The notes below the pieces were generated by a model that searched no databases, had not been told where the DNA came from, and saw nothing but the letters and a program-made list of their open reading frames with translations. Source: Octopus sinensis (Eukaryota). From it: a DNA stretch of 64,000 bases. Shown piece by piece: positions 1 to 12,320 of the stretch. The translations under genes were made by a program, and so were the position numbers. How positions within the stretch are numbered: the stretch's first letter is position 1; each line of letters starts with the position of its first letter. The stretch is taken from assembly GCF_006345805.1 (NCBI RefSeq), contig NC_043017.1:9858001-9922000 (forward strand), written 5' to 3'.

Positions 1-198
1 AATTTTAAGTGGATTAATGAATATCAAACAAATCCATCTTTAGAAATGTATGAATTGGAATCTGTGAAATGCAATTTAGTTCTTTACTTTTCACAGTTTA
101 TTTTATATTTTAATTATGTATTTAAACATTTCTACTGTATTGGAGTCTATTCAGGCTATAAGCTCAGTGAGACTCTTTTGTATTAGACATCATATTAT

Positions 199-475
199 GC
201 CAGCGCTGCCTGACTGGCGTCCGTGTCGGTGACATGTAAAGAGCACCAACCGATCATAGTTGTTTGCCAGCCTCCTCTGGCTCCTGTGCTGGTGGCACAT
301 AAAAAGCACCCAACTACACTCACAGAGTGGTTGGCGTTAGGAAGGGCATCCAGCCGTAGAAACACTGCCAGATCAGACTGGAGCCTGGTGCAACCTCCTG
401 GCTTCCCAGACCCTGGTTGAACCGTCCAACCCGTGCTAGCATAGAAAACGGACGTAAAACGATGATGATGATGAT
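199..475 (+). mobile_element. SINE-like family C (core GGAAGGGCATCCAGC, RTE-type ...GTTAAACGATGATGAT tail)
   Basis: Same element recurs at about 3843-4005, 15020-15320(-), 28290-28622, 38652-38915, 51238-51506, 51982-52305(-), 60205-60368, 61080-61560 and 62720-63060. Confidence 0.85.
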
Positions 476-642
476 TTAGACTGTCTCCAGAAAACCAGAA
501 AATCTAGAAATCTGGGACATTTCTGGTTCCAAGCTTGCCAATATAATTGATCCAGTACTGTATAATATAGACAACAACAATCAACATGTGAGCAAAAGGG
601 AAAACGGTAAATCTGTGGTCTTTTTGTTTTGTTTTTTTTTAC

Positions 643-811
643 CTTTAGTGCAAGAAACTCCATCATCAATGCCTGTCAACTGAGACTCGGACATCTGTGA
701 TGTATACATGTGATATTCGTAGCTACTGATCTGCCCTCTCTGTACAGCCTGGCTGAGGTTCGAATGGAACTGCTTCTTGTAATTACCTCTCTCTGTCATA
801 CCATACATGTC
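643..811 (-). CDS. ZUP1: ZUP1/ZUFSP coding exon (last in window): DMYGMTERGNYKKQFHSNLSQAVQRGQISSYEYHMYTSQMSESQLTGIDDGVSCTK(G); gene continues past base 1
   Basis: tttgaag| acceptor, AAG|gtaaaa donor, 169 nt, phase 0 to 1. Aligns by eye to the region just before the ZUP1 peptidase domain (human QYGLDNSGGYKQQ...GFDDGKTKTSG). Confidence 0.92.
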
Positions 812-1017
812 CTTCAAAGAAACCAATATTCACAGATTAAACATGGAGACCACCCAACTTGGGAGTTTACTGACTGTGCATTTATGTGTGTATGTATACA
901 TGCACATGTATCTGTGTGTATATGTAAGTATGAATGTATACATACATACGTGTGTATATGTGTGCAGGCCTCGTGTGTATAGTGTTGTAGTTGTTCAACA
1001 CATTGGTACATGCTATG

Positions 1018-1391
1018 TGGAGGTGCAATGGCCTAGTGGTTAGGGCAGTGGACTTGTGGTCATAGGATCACAGTTTTGATTCCCAGACTGAGCATTGTGA
1101 GCGTTTATTGAACGAAAACACCAAAATATCCACGAGGCTCCGGCGGGGTGGGGGGAATCCCTGCTGTGCTCTTTCACAACTTTCTCTCGCTCTTTCTTCC
1201 TGTTTCTGTTGTACCTGTATTTCAAAGGGCCAGCCTTGTCACACTCTGTGTCATGCTGAATCTCCCTGAGAACTACGTTAAGTGTACAAGTGTCTGTGGA
1301 GTGCTTGGCCACTTACACGTTAATTTCACGAGCAGGCTGTTCCATTGATTGGATCAACTGGAACCCTCATTGTCGTAACCGACGGAGTGGC
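1018..1391 (+). mobile_element. tRNA-derived SINE family D, full length
   Basis: A-box TGGCCTAGTGG and B-box-like GTTTTGATTCCC; a partial second copy lies at about 61627-61800. Confidence 0.75.
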
Positions 1392-2355
1392 ATAGTAGTA
1401 GGTATATGCTATAAAATAATATCTGATGTAGAACAAAATATAGTGTGTGTGTGTATACATACATACACACAAGAACACACATATATATATAGATACACAC
1501 ATACACTTCTACATATATTCATGTACATTTACACATATATGCATGCTTCATCTTAGAATTATATTATGAGAAGCTGCTCTGAAAGTACATAAATATGAAT
1601 AAATAAATTTATATTGTAAATTTCAAATGCTATGTATGTGTCATTTAAAATAAAACATCTACGTACAAACATTTGTTTACTGTGAACATGCAAATGTGCT
1701 TCATGAAGATACAACTTGGGATTATAACCCCATCTATATGCTTGATGGTCACACACACACATACAAATACATGCATAGATAAGTAGACCTGTGTGTGTGT
1801 GTGTGCATGCATGAATGTATGAAATTCTTGATTTGTGTATGCAACTGTATTGAGGTGTGTTTTTTATGCCAAAAAAAAAAAAATGGAGGATCTCAACCAT
1901 TTGATAAAGAGAAACATTGTTAAAATAAAAACCAGATTAAAATATGAGCACTAAAGTAGGTAGAATTGACTGAAACTATTGTGGCGGGTGCCCCAGCATG
2001 GCCACAGCCCAATGATTGAAACCAGTAAAAGAATAAACAAATAAAACTGTAGATGAATAATTATCTCGCCTTATCTCAGCACTAATCTAGAGCATTCTAA
2101 GTAAATATCTTTCTAATTAAATCATAGATTTGTGAAAAATATTTACTGAATATCTTGGTGATTCAACAATGTGTTGGTTTAGCATTTAGATTTTTTGTTC
2201 TTTTCCTCCCCAGTTTTTTTTAATCAAAAACCAATCACTGTATTGAAATAAATCACTGTCCTAGTTTGTTATCTGTTCTTGAGTGTATTTAGAAATTCTG
2301 ACATTGTGTGTTGTAACCACTGAAATGAGCAGTGGCATAATTTTATTATATAAAC

Positions 2356-2475
2356 CAGTGGTTCTCAGTTGGGGGTCCATATAAGATTTTGGGAGAACCA
2401 CAGAAACAAAATAGTAAATTGGGAATCTCCAGCAGTACCTTAAGGGTCCGTGGAAAAATTTTGCTTTAGACAGGA
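2356..2475 (+). mobile_element. Truncated hAT-type MITE
   Basis: Starts CAGTGGTTCTCA; homologous to the reverse complement of the MITE end at 61440-61514. Confidence 0.6.
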
Positions 2476-2669
2476 TTAGGTTTCTTTCTCTTCAACATGT
2501 TTCTGGCCACAAAAACATGTTCTCTCAGAGAGTGTTACGGCAAACCTACATTAGTGAATATTTGAGAAATGAGAGATAAAGTAAGAATTTTGAAAGGAGC
2601 ATCTATGAAAGTAATTTTTAAACTCTGAATGGCTATAGGAGGTCCACTGGAATAAAACAGGAATCAAAG

Positions 2670-3025
2670 GGGCCCTCCTCACCGTGGTGGGGATGCTGGC
2701 AATGATTAGTGTCAGAGCTATGCCGTCAGGAACTTTGGTTCCTGGTAGGGCCACCCAAGGCAGATTGGTCTGACACCAAGTGGTATTAGGCCACAACCCA
2801 GCAGACGGGGCTCTGGGGAAAATCCTCGGAGTGTCTGTTTCGGCAACCGGTGGCTCCTCAGTCGTTCTGTCCCTGTGTCTGCGGACAATCTGCGGCAAAC
2901 AGGATGCCTCTACATGCGGGATTGTTGGGGACTGCTTGTGAAATCCACATATTCCCACGAAACTTCTTCCAACTTCTTCAAGATGCCTCGAGGGTGGTAG
3001 AAGCCGACTCAACCCACCCAGGGTG
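2670..3025 (+). mobile_element. RTE-like LINE 5' UTR fragment
   Basis: GAGCTATGCC-hairpin-TAGGGCCACCCA motif shared with the RTE remnant at 54205-54600; GC-rich island in a ZUP1 intron. Confidence 0.55.
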
Positions 3026-3522
3026 AATGTCACCACAAGTACAAGTAAGTAGTATGTGACTACACAGACACCTAAAATAATTATTGTTATTGAGAGCATG
3101 GTACACTCTGCTAAGTCACTCTTGATTTCAAATGATGGTTGCAGTAATTCCTACATAAATCTCAATATATCTTCTGCGTCTTCCTTTCTTCCCAGTTTAT
3201 GCACACACTGATTTAATACAGTCATTATGAAGAATCTTGTCTCATTCACTGACCATTTTCTGAGCATATTTCTAAGAATATATATTTGAAAATAATCAAG
3301 AATCTGGATAAATTCATTAAGAATTATGTCACAAAGAAGGGCCTCTTTTACTTAACAAATGTGAATGAGGTGATAATTGCTTTAAATAACATAGTTCTGC
3401 TACTACATCAGTTGAAGTACAATGGCACCAGAGCAGTTGTACTGCAGCAAAAATATCAAGAATTTTCAATGGGAAGCATAGAATGGTCAACACAAAAAAA
3501 TACAACAACAATAATAACATAC

Positions 3523-3596
3523 CTGCAATTTCCGAAATTCAATTTCTTCATCAAATTCTTTCTGAAGCATCTCTGCAATCAATCTGTCATTCTGCT
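3523..3596 (-). CDS. ZUP1: ZUP1 MIU exon: (E)QNDRLIAEMLQKEFDEEIEFRKLQ
   Basis: ccaaaaacag| acceptor, CAG|gtatgt donor, 74 nt, phase 1 to 0 (fits the 643-811 exon). MIU-like DxxIAxxLQxE plus EFRKLQ (human EFQKLQ). Confidence 0.9.
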
Positions 3597-3779
3597 CTGT
3601 TTTTGGAAAAAAAAGATTGGCATCATATACATACATAAAGAGAAACATGTCCATACAGATACACACTATTCCATATTGCTTATCTAAAAAAATAATGCAT
3701 ATATATTGAAGTGATCTCTCTCTTTTCCTCTACAGCAAAACACCTATCTCTATCCCTTTATTATATGCTAACCTCTCAC

Positions 3780-3821
3780 CTGGCACAAAGACACTTCCTG
3801 TAGTATCACACCTTCTTTCGT
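3780..3821 (-). CDS. ZUP1: Probable 42-nt ZUP1 linker exon: (D)ERRCDTTGSVFVP
   Basis: CAG|gtgaga donor; phase 1 to 1, frame-preserving between its neighbours; acceptor (atttgcaag) is weak. Confidence 0.6.
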
Positions 3822-4239
3822 CTTGCAAATTATTTGGCAACCCCACTGGTGTTGGTGCCATGTAAAAAACACCAGTGAGCTGGTGCCACGGACACAGCAC
3901 CCAGTCCATTTTGTAAAGTGGTTGGCATTAGGAAGGCATCCAGCTGTAGAAACCAAGCCAGGACAGACAAATGGAGCCTGGTGCAGACATGCCAACCAAA
4001 TTCTGTGGCTAGTAATAATTGTTGCATAGTTCCATCCCAACGAAAGGCAGCTTGGGAGGACAAGAGGTTTACCAAATAGATATTTCTAATATACAGTTTT
4101 GAATTTATTTAGTATTTTTTTGCAGGGCTTAATCAAAGGGAGAAGAAGCTACTCAGGGTCTCTAAAACTAGCATACACTAGTTGAAGGTTGTGATATTTA
4201 ATTGAATCAGAGAGAAAAGATACCAAAAATATCCCTTAC

Positions 4240-5050
4240 CATCTTTGGTTAAAGCAAAATGTCCAAACTCTGAATCAATACAAACAAGTTTGTTGTCTTT
4301 GTCAGCCACTTTTGTAGCAATTGCCTCTGAAATATCGGTTCCAATCGGTTTTACTGGAGAATCAAAATGGTCTCGATTGATATGTACTTGAAGTTCTGGA
4401 ACAGAATTTAGCTGCCGTTTGCAGAGAAAGCAAGTTGTGAAATTGTCGTCTTGCCGTTTTTCTTCTGAACGAGAATCGAAATGATCTTTATTGATGTGGA
4501 TTTGAAGTTCTTCAGCTGAATTTTTGGGAGTATTACAGATGAAACACACGAACCATTCTGAAATGTTTGTGTCGACTGGTTTGTCACTATCTCGGTTGTC
4601 TAAAGATGAAGATTGCATTAAGAGTTTTGGTTGGCAGTTGTTAGCTCTGAGAGATGTATTGGCGTTCTCCTGAGTGTTGCATACAGAATTATCATTGGCC
4701 AAATTGTTGTCGGTGAAATGGAGGGTTATATTAGGGTCCTTGCCAAACTGGGAATTATTATCAAGCATGGCTATAGAGAGCCCCTTTTTTGTGCATATTA
4801 ACTGAGTCTGTTTGAGTTTTTTGGTCTTGCATCTGGCACCATTGTTTCTGTGTGCGCCAAGTAACGTATTGTAGTAGCTGCTTTCATTCTGGATATCAAT
4901 GTCCATCGGCCTGACCACCTTGCTTTTTGAGGAATTGGACAGTTCATTGCTGTTGATCTCAGAGCTTTGAGGCAGTTCCTCAGATCTGGCCAAATCCAAT
5001 AGGTCAGCCTTGCCGCCTTTCTCTGCAGCAGTCTCTTTCTTGCCTGCCAT
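4240..5050 (-). CDS. ZUP1: ZUP1 first large coding exon (MAGKKETAAEK...): low-complexity N-terminus then two C2H2/UBZ-type zinc fingers
   Basis: Open frame from ATG 5050 to the G|gtaagg donor at 4239. Fingers CFICNTPKNSAEELQIHINKDH and CFLCKRQLNSVPELQVHINRDH. Identity comes from the downstream exons; the start codon is not proven. Confidence 0.85.
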
Positions 5051-5065
5051 ATTTCTAGACTTAAG

Positions 5066-5275
5066 ACTGTCAGTGCATACCAGCAATACCAAAGACTATG
5101 TAAGTGAATACTAATGAGACTGATGACTGTATCTGTGGATACTAACAATAGCAGTGAACATTAATGACACCATCGACTGTGTTAGTGAATACTAATGGCA
5201 ACATTGACTGCATCAATGAATGCTAAGGACACTAAGGACTGTGTTTATGAATCCCAGCAGCTCCAATGTGTTTAT
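5066..5275. repeat. Degenerate about 31-bp minisatellite directly upstream of the ZUP1 ATG
   Basis: Six to seven diverged units resembling CTGTGTTAGTGAATACTAATGGCAACATTGA. Confidence 0.55.
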
Positions 5276-6492
5276 AAGACACATAACAATGACACAAGGG
5301 AGAAAGAAGTGGCAGGGATATCAAATTGTATGGGACCATACAGATATTCCCAAAAATAAAGACTTTAGAGGAAGGAAGGAATGGCAGAAAGACAAAAAAA
5401 TTGTAAAACAATTCAAAAAATAGTCTTCAAAAAGATTTTGGTGTTATCTTGGAATTTGCTTCTTTTCTGCAGATACTGTTTTAACAAATGTAAAATAGAC
5501 TTTGTAGTTTATATCATAGTATCTGCTATCTGCTGTATACAATAGACATGGTGTTTCAACAGCTATGAGATCTGTAAAAGATAAACAAGAAAAAGAAAAA
5601 AGCAATGTACTATTTTATTACTTGTGTGTTTGTGTGTAAATATCAGTGAGAGAACATGGAAATGATTAAAAGGAAGATAAATGGACAGGGCAAACAACTC
5701 GTCAGCTATGGAGTACAGAATCAATGTAGTTTCAGTGGACTTAACCCATAATACCACTCCTTTGGCATGTTTCACTAATTTTAAACATAACTGAAGTAGC
5801 ATACATTGCAGTAAAATGCCTGAAGACATAAAACACGCCAGACACAACCAGATTGGGGGAAAAAAACCTTACAAATTAAACAGATGCACAATAATACAGT
5901 TCAATATAAAGAAACACAATTTTTCAACTTGACATGGAAACAAACAAAGTAAATACACTGTCATTGTTTTCAAGTCCACTTTTCTATGCTTGCATGAATC
6001 AGTGAAAACTTGTTGAAGCAGGGTTTCTATGACCAAAGGCACTTGCTCCCAGCAATCCTCACCAGATTCCAAGCAAGGTGATGGTCTCTAGCTCTTCAAG
6101 CAATGACTGTTTCAGTGGCTGCATTTATTTTTATAAAAATTGCAAATGAATGACACAGCTTGTATGAAAGGGGAGTCTGGTTTAAAATCATCATGCGGAT
6201 GTCAAAATGAAGGAAGAAACACACACACACACATACCAGTAGTCTAAAAGCTTCCATCTACTAAATTAACTGTGTGTGTGTGAGAGAGAGAGAGCAAATG
6301 CATGCAAAATGGAGGTTCATGGATTTGATCCAAGCTTAAGCAGATTGACATAACATGGCAAACACATGACTTATACATCACACACTCTCACATACATTTA
6401 TGTATGTACATACAGTCACATACACACCATACAGATGCACACATATGCATGTACGTACACACACACACATCATCATACACATGCACACATAC

Positions 6493-6657
6493 ACATGACA
6501 TATACACACATGCACATGACATATACACACATGCACATGACATATACACACATGTACATGACATATACACACATGTACATGACATATACACACATGTACA
6601 TGACATATACACACATGCACATGACATATACACACATGTACATGACATATACACACA
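6493..6657. repeat. 21-bp minisatellite (ACATGACATATACACACATGY) x about 8
   Basis: Directly visible; source of the spurious MTYTHMH/CICHVHV ORFs. Confidence 0.95.
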
Positions 6658-6859
6658 TTCAGATAATCAGACACACACCCAGTCATACAATAGAAGGGTA
6701 AAGTTTGGCCAAAATAAACAAGTTATTCTCCCGGCGAATCAGTGAATTGATATTAAACAGACAAATCAACAGAGTTTCTGGCAGAGGTCAAAACCCAAAG
6801 ACCACATTGAAATACTATCAAATACACAACAGCATTAGAAAACGAGGTCAACAGATCTT

Positions 6860-8210
6860 TTATCTTCTAGCTTTTACTGGTTTCACTCATTGGACTGCGG
6901 CCTTGATGGGGCACGGTGTTAAAGAGTATAATCGAAGAAATCAACCACAGTCCCCCTTTTTTTTTTGCTTAGGGCAGGGACTTATGCTATCAGTCACTTT
7001 TGTTGAACCACTAAGTTATGGGGGTTTAAACAAACCAACATGTGTGTGTGTGGAGGGACAACAAAGACATTCATACACACGTACACACACACACGTGTAT
7101 GTACGCACACAGTGAGCTTCTTTTAGTTTTTGTCTAACCAAACCCTCTCATAAGGCTTTGGTCAGCCCAAGACTATAGCAGAAGACACTTGCCCAAGGTG
7201 CCATACAGTGGGAATGAACCCTGAACCAAGTGGTTGGGAATCAAGCTTCTTACCACATAACCATGCCTGTACTTATAGTTGAGAATATCAAGTCTTCCCA
7301 CAGGGAAAACATCTCAAATCCATCAATCAAATCCATTCTCTGGATTAAGCAGAAAGTTGTGGTTGGCCCATGGCGATAGTAGAAGACATATGTCAAAGGT
7401 GCCATGGAGTGGGACTGAACCAAAAACCATGTGGTTGGGAAGTGAAATTCTTAACCATGCAGCCATGCTTAATATAATGTAATTCTTTTCTTTTTCTTTT
7501 ACTTCATTGCCTTTAGTCAAATAAATCGACCCCAGGACGTATTCTTTGTAAGCCTAGTACTTATTCTATCAGTCTCTTTTGCTGAATAGCTAAGTTACAG
7601 GGACGTAAACACACCAACATCGGTTGTCAAGTAATGGTGGGGGGACAAACGCAGACACACACACATATACCACAGGCTTCTTTCAGTTTCTGTCTACTAA
7701 ATCCACTTACAAGGCTTCGGTTGGCCCGAGGCTATAGTAGGAGACACTTGCCCAAGGTGCCATGCAGTGGGACTGAACACGGAACCATGTGGTTGGCAAG
7801 CAAGCTTCTGACCACTCAGCCACTCCAGCACCTAAATTGTTAATAAAAAAAATATATCTTTTCTATCTTTTGACCTGTTTCAGTCATTAGACTGTGGCCA
7901 TGCTGGGGCACTACCTCTCAAGCATTTTTAGTCAAATGACTTGACCCCAGTACTTATTCTATCAGCCTCTTATGCCAAACTGCTAAGGGATGTAAACACA
8001 CCAACACCATTTGTCAAGTGGTGGTGGCGGTGGACACACAGACACAAAGATACATACACACGTGTATGTGTGTGTATGTGTGAATTTATTTATGGTGGGC
8101 TTCTTCCAGTTTCTGCCAACCAAATCCACTCAAGGCTTTGGTTGCTCGAAGTGGGACTGAACCCTGAAACATGATTAAGAAGCAAGCTTCTTACCACACA
8201 ACCGAGCCTG
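6860..8210 (-). mobile_element. Cluster of 3-4 tRNA-derived SINE family B copies
   Basis: Reverse complement of the family consensus seen at 32027-32427. Other copies at about 10400-10780(-), 11243-11521(-), 15900-16300, 39176-39455, 40195-40540, 46800-47180(-) and 48545-48840(-). Confidence 0.85.
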
Positions 8211-8361
8211 TGGCTATTATAGTGATATGGTGTGGAATTTTAAATTATTCATACAGTCATTTTGAAGCTCAGCAAACAAGTCGTTAAAATTTTGAAAGCC
8301 CAACCTTGTGTGTGTGTGAGCATATATGTGTGCATATAACTGTTTATATGACATACATACA

Positions 8362-8402
<41 letters not shown>

Positions 8403-8493
8403 GTATGTAATATATACATATTGTGTGCATGTTTGTTATATGTGTGTGTGTGTGAGCATAGTGTGTATATAGTTGTTTATATGACATACATAA

Positions 8494-8526
<33 letters not shown>

Positions 8527-8682
8527 GTATATATGTATGTAATATATATGATATTGTGTGCATGTTTGTTATATGTGTGTGTGCACGTGTGAGCATATAT
8601 GTATGTATCTGTGTGTTTATACATGATATGTGTGCATATAGTTGTTGATATGACATACATGTGTGTGCATACATATACAAGA

Positions 8683-8713
<31 letters not shown>

Positions 8714-9284
8714 ATTTATGTGTTTGTCCAAGCAACAAAAATAAAACATACCTTCTCTCGTAACTCTTTAAAATAAATAAATAAAAAAACAATAGTAGTA
8801 GAAAAAAAACTGCTGCTACTACTATGACCACTGCCACTACCACCACCTCCTCCTCCTCCTCTGCCGCCAACACCATCACACTGTCTGGTGCTTTATTTGA
8901 ACAGTTTTTGGATCGATAAAATGACTAGTTGATGCAGGTCTACCACTTAAAAACTAACCTGGAAACATAAAGTAGGGTGTCGGATTGAGCACCACAGGGA
9001 TATTTTAGCTAGGGACTCGTTTACATTCTGAGCTCAAATTACAACTCAGAACAACTTAAAATGTTACCCTTCCAGAGTAAAGAGAGAGCCTGAAATGAGG
9101 GCTTGAACTGAGGGGTGAGAAGTGAGGGATAGGGTTTATGATTACTGGGCATATACTTTCCCCACCCCCGAAATGTGGTCCAACTCTTAAGTTCATAATC
9201 GTTATTATTCTTTAACTGGTTCTGAGTTCAAATTCTGCAGAGGCTGACTTTACCTTTCACCTTTTCGGGGCTCGATAAATTAAG

Positions 9285-9525
9285 TACCTATTTCTTTACT
9301 ACCCACAAGGGGTTAAACACAGAGGAGAGAAACAAGGACAGACAGATGGATTAAGTCGACTATATCGACCCCAATGCGTAACTGGTACTTAATTTATCGA
9401 CCCCGAAAGGATGAAAGGCAAAGTCGACCTCGGAGGAATTTGAACTCAGAACGTAACGACAGACGAAATACGGCTACACATTTCGCCCGGCGTGCAAACG
9501 TTTCTGCCAGTTTGCCGCCTTAAAT
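9285..9525 (-). mobile_element. SINE family A (tRNA head plus Nin/Deu-like core)
   Basis: Core GCCGAGGTCGACTTTGCCTTTCATCCTTTCGGGGTCGATAAATTAAGTACC in reverse orientation; family is abundant throughout the window. Confidence 0.88.
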
Positions 9526-9585
9526 TAAGTACCAGTTGAGTACTGGGATTGATGTAATCGACTTAGCGCCTCTCCCAAACGCATG

Positions 9586-9616
<31 letters not shown>

Positions 9617-12079
9617 TTTTTTGCTGTAATACTTAAATTCTTCTTAAGAAAGTTCAAGCCAGATGCTAAGAAAGCAGCATGACTTCTTGAGTCTTAAGAG
9701 AGTTTAAGAGAATGAAGGTTGGTTTACCACATAAAGGAAACCTTGATGTGTCTACAATGAGAGAAAGAGAGAGTGAGTGTGTGTGTGTAGAAACACTTCT
9801 CTATATGAAGTATGTTGTAGTGTGACAGTGAGTGAAGGATGGTTTACCATGTCTTTTTTTTATTGTGGTCAACAATAGGTGTGTATGCATGCTGTGATGT
9901 ATGCATGTAAGTAAGACAGTGTGTGTGTGTGTGTCCATCCATGAAAGTTATGTATATATATAGCAACACTCTACATCCCTAGATTGAGCATATTACAGTG
10001 TGATAATGAGCGAAGATTGGCATATAGATTTCTTTTTAATGTGGTCTACAATATGTGTGAGCATGTGTGTATATAGTGTATATAGGAATATGTATGTGTG
10101 TGTGTGTGTGTGTCTGAACACATGCTAACATTGCCTCAGAGAATGTGTATTGTGCAGGATAATGAGTGAAGCCTTGCTTCACGTAAACAGCTTTCCTTTT
10201 ATGTTCTCTACAATATGCATATGCCGTATGTGATATTTAGATGTGTGTGTGTATGACATGTGTGCATGTGCATGCGTGCGTGCATGCATGTGTGTGTTTA
10301 GCAGCATTGTTGCATGTATAGATTATTGTATTCGATAAGTGAGTGATAGTTTGTCTATCATATGAATAGTTTTGTTGTGGTATACAGTATGTGTGTGTGT
10401 GTGTGTATTTTATCTTTTACCGGTTTCAGTCATTGGATTGCAGCCATGCTGGGGCAACGCTTTCAATGGTTTAGTCAAACTAATGAATCCCAGTACTTCA
10501 TTTTTTTCTTAGCTTGGTACTTATTCCAACAGTCTCTTTTTGTCAAACCACTAAGTTACATGAATGTAAACAAGCTGACAACAGTTGTCAAGTTGCGATG
10601 GGACACACACACACACACACGGGCTTCTTTCAGTTTTCATCCATAGAATCAACTCACAAGGCTTTGAGCCAATTGAGGTTGTAGTAGCAGACTCTTGTCC
10701 AAGGTGCCATGCAGTGGGACTGAACCTGGAACCATGTGGTTTGGAAGTAAACCTCTTACCATACAATCACACCTGCACCTATGTATGTGCTTTTATATAT
10801 TTATGAGTGAGTGTGTGGGTGGGTGGGTTTGAGTGAGTGGGGGGGGGGGTAGCAATACTATTAAAGATATGTGATCGCTTCTCTAAACTGTTTGGTAGAA
10901 GAAAGGACAACACCTTTAGCTTTTACAGGGGGTCAGGGGATGGGATACTTTTACATCAGAATGAAGTCAATCAGCTATCCCCACCTACCACCTCCACCAC
11001 CACAATGATGACCACTGCCATCACCACCACCTCCATAATCACGATTACCCCCGTCACCATCATCACCATGATCACAACCATCACCACCACCACCATCACT
11101 ATAACAACAATTTCTGGTAGAAATTTGAAATAATTCAACTGGTTGGAAGAATTTAAAAAGATTTTCTGGTTATCAACTGTATAAGCAAAGAAAGGAAAAT
11201 GTCCAAGAAATGAGGAGAGGAACTTAATTAGATTCGTTAATAAGCCTAGTACTTATTCTATCAGTCTCTTTTGCTGAATAGCTAAGTTACAGGGACGTAA
11301 ACACACCAACATCAGTTGTCAAGTAATGGTGGGGGGACAAACGCAGACACACACATATACCACAGGCTTCTTTCAGTTTCTGTCTACTAAATCCACTTAC
11401 AAGGCTTCGGTCAGCTCGAGGCTATATCAGGAGACACTTGCCCAAGGTGCCATGCAGTGGGACTGAACACAGAACCATATGGTTAGGAAGCAAGCTTCTG
11501 ACCACTCAGTCACTCCTGCACCTAAATTGTTAATAAAAAAAACAGAGACCATACAATTTTTTCCTCCTCAAAATTCAGATACAGCACATATATGTCTAAG
11601 GCTACAATATCCAATGTCCAAATTAACATAGATGTCTTGTTAGAACATCGAATACGGCATTATTAACCTCGACAGATCCCCTCATGAAGTCACTTGGTGC
11701 ATAAAAACACACACACACAAAGCGTAGCAGACAAAATTTGTGCCATGGCTGCAGGAATTTCCATATCATATGATTTTGGTCTATTGGACCTTATCACTGG
11801 GAAGTGCCAGTTAATGCATACCAGTCCCATATCTTGCCATTATGTGTCATAATCCAACATGTTACTTTTAAGATAGCAGGGTGTGATTTGAGGGAGATTT
11901 AACTGCAATTTTTAACAGACTGCATGACCATGTAGGGTCTGCCCCTTTACTGACCCCTATTTAATTTGATGATATTGTTGCTGCTGTCATTTTAAACCAA
12001 ACATGTGCAACCTTTTTCAAGAGGCAAGCCACATGAGACATGGCTCTTGATCAGGTGAGCTACACTAAAAGAGTAAAGA

Positions 12080-12320
12080 TCCTTCCCAAGTCATGTTGAC
12101 TCATAAGGGCTGGTTTCCCCAGTTTCCATGGCGTGTAAATTCCCCTCCTGGCTGGGACACCAGTCCATCACAAGAGGACTCACTTTTGCCAGCCGAGTGG
12201 ACTGGAGTAACGTGAAAATGAAGTGTTTCGCTCAAGAACACAATGCGTCGCCTGGTCCAGGAATCGAAACCACAATCTTACAATCATAAGCCCAACACCA
12301 TTAACCACTAAGCCACGTTC
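12080..12320 (-). mobile_element. tRNA-derived SINE family E (CTTGAGCAAAACACTTCA core)
   Basis: Copies also at about 29440-29725, 51640-51770, 57040-57255, 58480-58640 and 63340-63470. Confidence 0.75.

Noticed and set aside
1018-1090. tRNA-like sequences here and at other SINE heads
   Set aside because: A/B boxes are present but there is no complete cloverleaf, and each continues into a SINE body.
2551-3099. 182-aa minus-strand ORF
   Set aside because: Antisense to an RTE-like leader inside a ZUP1 intron; no splice or homology support.
3242-3271. Possible alternative terminal ZUP1 exon (KYAQKMVSE*)
   Set aside because: Only a weak acceptor and a compatible phase; expected by chance.
6366-6745. 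Repetitive MTYTHMH / CICHVHV ORFs resembling metal-binding peptides
   Set aside because: A 21-bp minisatellite open in several frames on both strands.
5444-9089. CCDC58/MIX23 or KPNA as the identity of the upstream exon chain (human FAM162 neighbours)
   Set aside because: The assembled peptide shows no similarity to either protein as I recall them.
9710-10215. 24-nt exon candidate (THQGFLYV) that would extend the micro-exon chain
   Set aside because: It is one unit of a degenerate tandem repeat (four related copies), so its splice-like signals are not independent evidence.
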